A stretch of 52,453 nucleotides of DNA, from IMG/VR virus record IMGVR_UViG_3300042546_000489, positions 1 to 52,453 of that record. One strand, given 5' to 3'. Positions 45,614-52,453 of this stretch are shown here, in pieces. Numbering within the stretch: the first letter of the stretch is position 1; each line of letters begins with the position of its first letter. Made by a program: the position numbers and the translations under genes. Below the pieces are notes generated by a model, which was given only the letters and a program-made list of their open reading frames with translations, made no database searches and was not told where the DNA came from. The stretch is from a virus (taxonomy: Duplodnaviria; Caudoviricetes).

Positions 45614-46549
45614 ATGGTCGTCCTGTCGTCGATCCTGCGTCGCGAAGAACCGCAGCGCGAGCGACGCGAGCGGGTGCCGCTACCCGGCGAGCTCGCCGTC
45701 GTCTGCGTGTTCTGGAATCCTGCCGGGTGGCGATCGCTGCGGCGGAACTACCTCCGGTTCCTCCACGAGATGCGGTGGTGGGGCGTGCCGACGTTCAACG
45801 TCGAGCTCGCCTACGAAGGGCAGGCGTTCACGCGCGACGACGCGTGGCTCACGGTCCGAGGCGGCGACCGAAACGTCCTGTGGCAGAAAGAGCGCCTCAT
45901 CAACCTCGCAGTCGAACGCCTGCCCGACCGCTTCGACAAGGTGGCATGGATAGACGCCGATATGGTCTTCCTCGACCACCAGTGGCCCGAGCGGCTGTGC
46001 CGCACGCTCGAAGAGTGGCCGGTGGTGCAGATGTGGAACGAGTGGCACTGTGCCGGGCCAGACGGGCAGATCGAGAGCAAGAAGTTCTGCGTCGGACATC
46101 GCTGCGAAAGGTATCTCAGCGAACAGAACTGCTGTCCTGGCGGTGCGTGGGCGGCACGACGCGACATCTGGCCGCTCTACGATCGGCACATCGTCGGCAG
46201 CGGCGATTCGATGATGGTCGAGGGATGGACGAACCACCAAGTGAAACGCTGCCTGCGGATCATGAACGAGCCGATGGCGAAGCACTTCCGCGAGTGGAGC
46301 GAGGTGGCGTACGCGAAGGTGAAAGGCGAGATCGCGTGCCTGCCCGGTGACGCGATGCACCTGCACCACGGGAGCCTCGCCGACCGGCAGTATCACTCCC
46401 GGTGGTATCCCGTCGTGAACGGCGGATATGACCCGGCGACGCACGTCGAGGTGGACGAGAACGGTCTGCTTCGATGGACGGACTCGGCACCCGAGACGCT
46501 CGTCGAGTGGGTGCGAGGCTACTTCGCGAGCCGAAACGAGGACGGCTGA
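45614..46549 (+). CDS. GT-A glycosyltransferase-like protein
   Basis: LWQKERLIN, VAWIDAD, GGAWAARR, GSGD, HLHHG. Confidence 0.65.
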   Translation: MVVLSSILRREEPQRERRERVPLPGELAVVCVFWNPAGWRSLRRNYLRFLHEMRWWGVPTFNVELAYEGQAFTRDDAWLTVRGGDRNVLWQKERLINLAVERLPDRFDKVAWIDADMVFLDHQWPERLCRTLEEWPVVQMWNEWHCAGPDGQIESKKFCVGHRCERYLSEQNCCPGGAWAARRDIWPLYDRHIVGSGDSMMVEGWTNHQVKRCLRIMNEPMAKHFREWSEVAYAKVKGEIACLPGDAMHLHHGSLADRQYHSRWYPVVNGGYDPATHVEVDENGLLRWTDSAPETLVEWVRGYFASRNEDG

Positions 46550-46550
46550 G

Positions 46551-46570
46551 TTGACACGTGCCGCACCATG
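46551..46570 (+). promoter_or_regulatory. TTGAC-N8-CACCATG motif
   Basis: Repeated motif; ATG follows 5 nt later. Confidence 0.45.
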
Positions 46571-46575
46571 CGGGC

Positions 46576-47502
46576 ATGGACATATCAACCAAGCGAATCC
46601 TCGTCACGGGCGGTGCCGGGTTTCTCGGCAAGGCAGTCTGCCGCGTGCTGCACAGTCGCGGATGCCGTCACGTGATCGTGCCTCGCCGGGTCGCGTGCGA
46701 CCTGACCAGCGAGGAGGACACGATCGACCTGTTTGACGACCACCGGCCCGAAGTCGTTCTGCACCTCGCGGCCGAAGTCGGCGGCATCGGGGCGAACATG
46801 GCGACGCCGGGAAGGTTTACCTACGCGAACCTCGCGATGGGGCTGCACGTGATCGAGCAGTGCCGACGGTTCGAGGTCGAGAAGGTCGTCGTCGTCGGCA
46901 CGGTGTGCAGCTACCCGCTCGATCCGCCCGTGCCGTTCGTCGAATCGGACTTGTGGAACGGCTACCCCGAACCAACGAACGCCGGATACGGCGTGGCGAA
47001 GCGTGCGGTCTACGAACTACTCAAGCAGTACAACAAGCAATATTCGCTCCCCGGTGCCGTTGTGATTCCGACAAACCTGTACGGCCCGCACGACAACTTC
47101 GACCCGGTGTCTTCGCATGTGATCCCGGCGATGATCCGGCGATTCTGCCGCACCGATCCGGTGACGCTCTGGGGGACGGGATGTGCGTCGCGAGAGTTCC
47201 TCCACGTGGACGACGCTGCCGAAGGCATCGTGCGAGCAGCGGAGAAGGTGACGACGCCCGATCCGATCAATCTCGGTGGTGGCGGCGAGGTGCAGATGAG
47301 GAAGCTCGCCGAGATGATCGCGGGCGAGTGCGGCTACATGGGCACGATCCGCTGGGACTCCTCGAAGCCAGACGGACAGCCGAGGCGTGCGGTCGATGCG
47401 ACCCGAGCCCGCGAGATTCTCGGGTGGACGCCGAGAGTCAGCCTACAGAACGGCATCGCCGAGACGGTCTCGTGGTGGAGGGATCAATGCGTGTCGCTCT
47501 GA
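46576..47502 (+). CDS. fcl: GDP-L-fucose synthase
   Basis: [54 protein letters not shown]. Confidence 0.93.
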   Translation: MDISTKRILVTGGAGFLGKAVCRVLHSRGCRHVIVPRRVACDLTSEEDTIDLFDDHRPEVVLHLAAEVGGIGANMATPGRFTYANLAMGLHVIEQCRRFEVEKVVVVGTVCSYPLDPPVPFVESDLWNGYPEPTNAGYGVAKRAVYELLKQYNKQYSLPGAVVIPTNLYGPHDNFDPVSSHVIPAMIRRFCRTDPVTLWGTGCASREFLHVDDAAEGIVRAAEKVTTPDPINLGGGGEVQMRKLAEMIAGECGYMGTIRWDSSKPDGQPRRAVDATRAREILGWTPRVSLQNGIAETVSWWRDQCVSL

Positions 47503-48455
47503 TCACCGGCATCACCGGGCAGGACGGCTCCTATCTCGCTGAGCTCCTGCTCGCGAAGGGCTATATCGTCCACGGCATCGTGCGGCGGTCGAGCACGTTC
47601 GGCACGCAACGAATCGAGCACATCTTCCACCGGCTCAACCTGCACTACGGCGACGTGACCGACGGCGGTGCGATGGCAAGGCTCGTCGCTGAGATCGAGC
47701 CAGACGAGCTCTACAACCTCGCGGCGCAGAGCCACGTGCGGGTGTCGTTCGACCAGCCCGCGTACACGGCGGAAGCGGTCGGGCTCGGAGCGCTCAACGT
47801 CCTCGAAGCAGCCCGCGTCGTGCCGGGATGTCGTGTCTATCAAGCGTCCTCCTCCGAGATGTACGGGCAGGTCGCCGAGACACCCCAGCGGGAGACGACG
47901 CCGTTTCGTCCACGATCACCGTACGGCGTGGCGAAGGTCTACGCTCACTGGATCACGGTGAACTACCGCGAGAGCTACGGGATGCACGCATCGTGCGGCA
48001 TCCTGTTCAATCACGAGAGCCCGAGGCGCGGCGAGACGTTCGTGACCCGCAAGATCACGCGGGCGGCGGCACGCATCGCCAGCGGCATCCACGAGACGCT
48101 GTACCTGGGCAACCTCGACGCCCGGCGGGATTGGGGCCACGCAGCCGACTACGTCGAGGCCATGTGGCTCATGCTGCAACAGGACGAGCCCGACGACTAC
48201 GTCATCGCCACGGGCGAGACGCACAGCGTGCGGGAGTTCTGCGAGCGGGCGTTTGCCCACGTGGGGCTCGACTACCGCGACCACGTCGAGATCGACCCAC
48301 GCTACTACCGACCGGCTGAGGTGGACCTGCTCCAGGGCGACGCGAGCAAGGCACGCAGGCAGTTGGGCTGGGTGCCGAGCGTGACGTTCGAGGGGCTCGT
48401 GGCGGGCATGATGGACGCGGAACTGCAAGCGTTACGGGGACGCGTGGTAGCGTGA
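47487..48455 (+). CDS. gmd: GDP-mannose 4,6-dehydratase
   Basis: [52 protein letters not shown]. Confidence 0.96.
   Translation: MRVALITGITGQDGSYLAELLLAKGYIVHGIVRRSSTFGTQRIEHIFHRLNLHYGDVTDGGAMARLVAEIEPDELYNLAAQSHVRVSFDQPAYTAEAVGLGALNVLEAARVVPGCRVYQASSSEMYGQVAETPQRETTPFRPRSPYGVAKVYAHWITVNYRESYGMHASCGILFNHESPRRGETFVTRKITRAAARIASGIHETLYLGNLDARRDWGHAADYVEAMWLMLQQDEPDDYVIATGETHSVREFCERAFAHVGLDYRDHVEIDPRYYRPAEVDLLQGDASKARRQLGWVPSVTFEGLVAGMMDAELQALRGRVVA
48421..48453 (+). promoter_or_regulatory. Candidate late promoter AACTGCAAGC-N17-TAGCGT
   Basis: Repeated motif; 6 nt before the HNH ATG. Confidence 0.5.
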
Positions 48456-48459
48456 GGCT

Positions 48460-48801
48460 ATGCCGCAGCGGATACCGACGTGCCGCCCTCCTCGGCTACG
48501 AACTCCACGCAAGCCCGAGGCTCGACCCAACGCCTACCAGCGTGGCTACTGCGACGAGCGGCACCGGGCGTGGCGGCTGGCCGTGCTATTGCGTGACGCG
48601 TGGACGTGTCGCCGGTGCGGGCGGGTATGCGCCAACAAGCGGGAAGCCCACGCGGACCACGTGAGCCCGGTCGTGCATGGGACTGACCACTGCGAGGATG
48701 GACGCAGTCGGTATGACGTGGATGGCGGGCAGTGCCTCTGCGTCGCGTGCCATGCCAGCAAGACAAAAACCGATCAGCATCGACTTTCTGGAGGACACTG
48801 A
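48460..48801 (+). CDS. HNH endonuclease (packaging-associated, HK97 gp74-like)
   Basis: AYQRGY, CRRC, ADH, QCLCVACHASKT. Confidence 0.88.
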   Translation: MPQRIPTCRPPRLRTPRKPEARPNAYQRGYCDERHRAWRLAVLLRDAWTCRRCGRVCANKREAHADHVSPVVHGTDHCEDGRSRYDVDGGQCLCVACHASKTKTDQHRLSGGH

Positions 48802-48991
48802 GTTGCCGAAGGCCGATATAACCACCCGCAGAACCCCCGACAGGGGGGGGGCGGGTCGAGCCTTGCCGGGGGCTTTTAATAAAAACCCCGGTTGCCCTTG
48901 AGCGTGCGCGGCCGGGGGTTTTTGGCCCCCCCTCCGCGAGCCCCGCACATGCGTTCTGAGGCCCGTTTCCACTAGCCAATAGCTCCCACAC
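48802..48991. other. Non-coding region with C/G-run inverted repeats; candidate cos/packaging site
   Basis: Lies between HNH and the ParB...TerS block, as cos does in HK97-like phages. Confidence 0.4.
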
Positions 48992-49627
48992 ATGAACATT
49001 CGAAACCGCGTCAAATCGCTCCGTATGGTCCCTGCGAGCGACCTCCGGCCCAATCCGAAGAACTGGCGAACGCACCCGAAAGCCCAGCAGGACGCCCTCC
49101 GGGGCGTGCTGGCCGAGGTCGGGCTGGCCGACGCCTGCCTCGCCCGCGAACTGCCCGACGGCTCCCTCATGCTGATCGACGGCCACCTTCGAGCCGAGAC
49201 GCTTGGCGACGGCGACGTGCCAGTTCTGATCCTCGACGTGACCGAGGCCGAGGCCGACAAGATTCTCGCGACGCTCGACCCGCTCGCTGCGATGGCGGAC
49301 TCCGACGCGGCCAAGTTGGAGGAGTTGCTGCACACGGTCAACACGAGCAGCCAAGCGTTGCAGGAGTTGATCGCGGCGACAGCGTCGCAGGCCGGGCTGT
49401 ACGAAGACCTGAACGCAGAAACGTCAGAAGAAGGCGACGATCCGAGCGACGAAGACGAGGCCGACGATCCGCCGCCGAGTGGCGTTCGCATGGTGCAGTT
49501 GTTCCTCGACGAGTCGAATATCGGCGAGTTCCAAGACGCCTGCACCAAACTTGCCGAGGAGTACGCGACCGAGAACATCACCGACACCGTGATGGAGGCG
49601 GTTCGCCGTGCAAGTGCATCACTGTAA
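48992..49627 (+). CDS. ParB/Srx-like N-terminal domain protein
   Basis: LRPNPKNWRTH, LIDGHLR, acidic linker. Confidence 0.82.
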   Translation: MNIRNRVKSLRMVPASDLRPNPKNWRTHPKAQQDALRGVLAEVGLADACLARELPDGSLMLIDGHLRAETLGDGDVPVLILDVTEAEADKILATLDPLAAMADSDAAKLEELLHTVNTSSQALQELIAATASQAGLYEDLNAETSEEGDDPSDEDEADDPPPSGVRMVQLFLDESNIGEFQDACTKLAEEYATENITDTVMEAVRRASASL

Positions 49628-50525
49628 GGAGAAGTTCCAAGCCGACTACCTCGCAGGAACCAAGCTCGACGAGTCGCACTACGACCACCTGCTTGGCGGC
49701 GACGAACCGTGTGACGTGTTCAAGCCTGACGGAACGCCTCTCGTGAAGTACCGCCCGCGTTGGTTCAGCGAGGGGCTGTGCAAATCGGTTATGCCTGCGT
49801 GCCGCAAGGCGGCGACGAAAACGAACAACCGGGGTATGGCCGCTGGTGACATCAAGGAAGTTGAACTCGGAACGCAAAGACCGATTGCGGCGCTCACCAA
49901 AACGCACTTCCGCACTATCAAGGAAGACGGCACGATCAGCAACACGACGCGAGGCGGCGAGGTAGAGAGCGGCATCATCGGCTACTTCGACCGGAGCGCC
50001 AGGTTCCCGTTCTGCCGCCAGACCTCATTCCTCATCTCGCAGGCCGCGTCGTGGAAGCGTTTCCTCCCGTACATCGAACGAGCCGACGAAGGTTTCCGCG
50101 AGCTCATGCCCGACCGATGGGCGGTGCAGCGCGGGTACGCCAGCCGCACCGCGTCGGATTGGGTGATCCCGCAAAGCACGTTCACGACGGTCACGGTCAA
50201 CAAGAACTTCCAGACCGCGACCCATAAAGACGCTGGCGACCTCGCATCTGGCTTCGGCGTGATGTCGTGCCTGCGGAACGACAAGTACGACGGAGCGTAT
50301 CTGGTGTTCCCGGCGTACCGCGTTGCGGTGAACTTCGGACACGGCTGCCTCTGCCTCGCAGATGTCCATGAGTGGCACAGCAACACGCCGTTCACAAGAA
50401 TGCGGCTCGGCTACGAACGCATCACGCTCGTTTTCTACTACCGCGAGAACATGATTCACTGCAAGGAAGCGAAGGCGGAAGTCGAGTGGGCGAAGAACAG
50501 AAAAAGAGGGGAGCCACTGGCGTAA
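49608..50525 (+). CDS. TET/JBP-family 2OG-Fe(II) dioxygenase
   Basis: FTTVTVNKNFQTATHKDAGD (HxD), WHSNT (H), ERITLVFYYRENM (R). Confidence 0.85.
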   Translation: MQVHHCKEKFQADYLAGTKLDESHYDHLLGGDEPCDVFKPDGTPLVKYRPRWFSEGLCKSVMPACRKAATKTNNRGMAAGDIKEVELGTQRPIAALTKTHFRTIKEDGTISNTTRGGEVESGIIGYFDRSARFPFCRQTSFLISQAASWKRFLPYIERADEGFRELMPDRWAVQRGYASRTASDWVIPQSTFTTVTVNKNFQTATHKDAGDLASGFGVMSCLRNDKYDGAYLVFPAYRVAVNFGHGCLCLADVHEWHSNTPFTRMRLGYERITLVFYYRENMIHCKEAKAEVEWAKNRKRGEPLA

Positions 50526-51469
50526 TGGCTGTATGCCTTTTCTATCTCGCGGAACCGAAGTACGGCGGATGGCCAACCTACACGTCGCATCTCTACAGAG
50601 GACTCGCGGAAATAGGCAAACGACCTGTCCTGTTCAAGATAGGAAACACAACTGACGGCAGGATGCGACCGTACGGCAGGGGGATTGAATACACGAACGT
50701 CACGCTAAGCGATGCAGTTTCAATGGCGCGTGGTAACCCCTGCTTCATCACCGCAGTCGGGAAGGGCTACTACGACGCCGCTTGCAGTTTGATGCTGTCA
50801 GGTGCATCCGTTTGCGTGCACGACCCAACGGAGCTGAAAGAACCTTTCGCATCGGCACTCCCAGCCGCAAAGGTGATTGTGATCCGTGAGTCGATGCTTT
50901 CGCACCTACCTCGCGCGAAGTTCATCCTTCATCCTTACGCGCCTCGCGGGCAGCAAGGAACCAAAGAAAAACTAGCGTGCGCGATATCAAGAATCGACCA
51001 TGACAAAAACACAGCCATCATCGCATCTGCGAACGAACGGCTAAAAGAGCCCGTTCAACTTTACGGCGCGATCAACCGCATCTACTCATACTTCACGCTA
51101 GACGCGAAGCACCCCGGCTGGGAGAAGAACTACGTCTTAGCACCGAGCGCGAGCAGCCTCTGGGCGTGCCAGAAAATCGCTTGCGGATACAAGAAAGTGG
51201 TCGATCTGTCCGTCATCAAGAAAGACGGCAGAGGAACGCAGTATACGTTTCTTGAGGCCGTGGACGCAGGCTGCTCGCTGGTTTTGCACAAAGCGTGGGA
51301 ACCGACTGGGTTGCTTTCGCAGTTGAGTCGCACCGTGCAAGATGCAGACGGCTTGGTCGAAGAGCTTTCGAGGCCGTGCAAGTTCGACAAGAAAGCCGCC
51401 AGCCGATTGTTGGCACACCACTGCCACAAAAAAATAGCGGCACAAACCTGCGAAGCGATAGGAGCCTGA
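50525..51469 (+). CDS. GT-B-like glycosyltransferase adjacent to TET/JBP
   Basis: YGGWPTY, VHDPTE, ISRIDHDK, GTQYTFLEA. Confidence 0.7.
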   Translation: MAVCLFYLAEPKYGGWPTYTSHLYRGLAEIGKRPVLFKIGNTTDGRMRPYGRGIEYTNVTLSDAVSMARGNPCFITAVGKGYYDAACSLMLSGASVCVHDPTELKEPFASALPAAKVIVIRESMLSHLPRAKFILHPYAPRGQQGTKEKLACAISRIDHDKNTAIIASANERLKEPVQLYGAINRIYSYFTLDAKHPGWEKNYVLAPSASSLWACQKIACGYKKVVDLSVIKKDGRGTQYTFLEAVDAGCSLVLHKAWEPTGLLSQLSRTVQDADGLVEELSRPCKFDKKAASRLLAHHCHKKIAAQTCEAIGA

Positions 51470-51470
51470 C

Positions 51471-51998
51471 ATGGGAAAGCGCGGCCCCGCCCCTGAACCG
51501 TCGATCCTGAAATACATTCGCGGCAACCCGTCGAAGACGGCGCTGCCGACGAACGAGCCGACGCCAGACCTGCTCGACAAGCTCGACCCGCCAGCCTCGA
51601 TCAATGACGATCCGGTCGCCGTGCAAAAGTGGCACGAGACCGTTCCGACGCTGCGGCGGATGCGCGTGTTCACGGAGGCCGACGTGGATGCGTGGGCGAT
51701 CTATTGCCACACGTGGTCTAAGTGGATTGAGGCGAAAGAGAAGTGCAAGCAGTTCGGCCGCGACAACGTGCAGATGGAGCCAGACCCGAATCGAACCGAC
51801 GGGAGGATGCGGATCAAGTGGACGCAGCCGTACTCGTGGGCGGTTGACGAGCGATCGCTCCGCAACGATCTGCGTCGCCTTCAGCAGGACTTCGGCATGA
51901 CGCCGAGCAGCCGTTCGCAGGTGAGCACGCATGCCCAAGAAGAAGCAGACCCGGTTGCCGATTACGCTGCGAAGAGACGCCGAACGCCAGGGGCTTGA
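51471..51998 (+). CDS. terS: Terminase small subunit (P27-like)
   Basis: GKRGPAPEP...RGNPSK, FGMTPSSR. Confidence 0.9.
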   Translation: MGKRGPAPEPSILKYIRGNPSKTALPTNEPTPDLLDKLDPPASINDDPVAVQKWHETVPTLRRMRVFTEADVDAWAIYCHTWSKWIEAKEKCKQFGRDNVQMEPDPNRTDGRMRIKWTQPYSWAVDERSLRNDLRRLQQDFGMTPSSRSQVSTHAQEEADPVADYAAKRRRTPGA

Positions 51999-52453
51999 CT
52001 ACTACTTCGATCCAGAGGCTGCGCAACACGTCGTCGGCTTTTTCGAGAAGTGGCTGCGACACTCGAAGGGCAAGCACGCAGGCGAGCCGTTCGCGTTGCT
52101 CGATTGGCAGACCGCGATGCTCGGCGAGTTGTTCGGCTGGAAGCGGCTCGACGACGGATCTCGCCGCTACCGGATGGCGTACATCTCGACCGCAAAGAAG
52201 CAGGGCAAGTCCACGTTGCTTGCTGGCATCGGCCTGTACCTTCTTGCCTTCGACGGTGAGATCGGGGCGGAAATCTTCGGGTGCGGGGCCGACCGCGAGC
52301 AGGCGTCGATCGTGTTTCGCGAGGCTGCGAGCATGGTGCGGGCGTCGCCCAAGCTCTCCCGCGTGCTGGAAGTCATCGACTCCCGCCGCACGATCGCTTA
52401 CCGCAACGCGTCGTCGTTCTACCGAGTTCTGTCTGCCGACGCGTTCCGGGCCG
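51931..52453 (+). CDS. terL: Terminase large subunit, N-terminal part (continues at window start)
   Basis: Hand translation MPKKKQ...YYFD...LRHSKGKHAGEPF.LLDWQ...LFGW, in frame with ATG 52174, which corresponds to position 39. Confidence 0.9.
   Translation, partial: MPKKKQTRLPITLRRDAERQGLDYYFDPEAAQHVVGFFEKWLRHSKGKHAGEPFALLDWQTAMLGELFGWKRLDDGSRRYRMAYISTAKKQGKSTLLAGIGLYLLAFDGEIGAEIFGCGADREQASIVFREAASMVRASPKLSRVLEVIDSRRTIAYRNASSFYRVLSADAFRA
52136..52453. repeat. Terminal overlap, copy 2 (matches 1-318)
   Basis: Same TerL segment as the window start. Confidence 0.95.

Larger units (their letters stand above)
1..52453. mobile_element. Complete circularly permuted temperate tailed phage genome (HK97-type head, siphovirus-like tail)
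   Basis: Packaging, head, tail, integration and replication genes all present; ends overlap by 318 bp inside TerL. Confidence 0.95.

Noticed and set aside
46860-48455. 531-aa Gmd with long N-terminal extension
   Set aside because: Extension overlaps fcl out of frame; the Gmd fold starts at 47487
50458-50489. ACTGCAAGG as a further late promoter
   Set aside because: No YANNNT at the 17-nt spacing; same for the copies near 10857 and 16093

Overview
The window is an essentially complete, circularly permuted genome (about 52.1 kb unique; 1-318 repeats 52136-52453) of a high-GC temperate tailed phage with an HK97-type head and a non-contractile tail. Host cannot be read from the sequence; a Planctomycetota/PVC-like host is a weak inference. 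Nearly all genes are on the + strand. Order: TerL, portal, prohead protease, capsid, head-tail and tail genes (with a -1 frameshift); accessory genes; a minus-strand tyrosine integrase with a tRNA-fMet-like attP and two HTH genes; an early/replication region (DUF932, SNF2 helicase, prim-pol, UvrD-like helicase, VRR-NUC, RusA); a large glycosylation block; a protease/membrane-protein block with no recognisable endolysin; a second structural block of tail fibres; Fcl and Gmd; HNH; ParB-TET/JBP-glycosyltransferase; TerS. Most notable: (1) a structurally complete integron-type attC cassette whose gene starts inside the attC hairpin; (2) a TET/JBP + glycosyltransferase DNA-modification module with no cytosine methyltransferase, beside a GDP-fucose pathway; (3) a SNF2 helicase with motif Ia placed before Walker A; (4) several families of repeated regulatory motifs; (5) a possible protease-based lysis system. 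Protein family calls come from motif recognition by eye, not from database searches.
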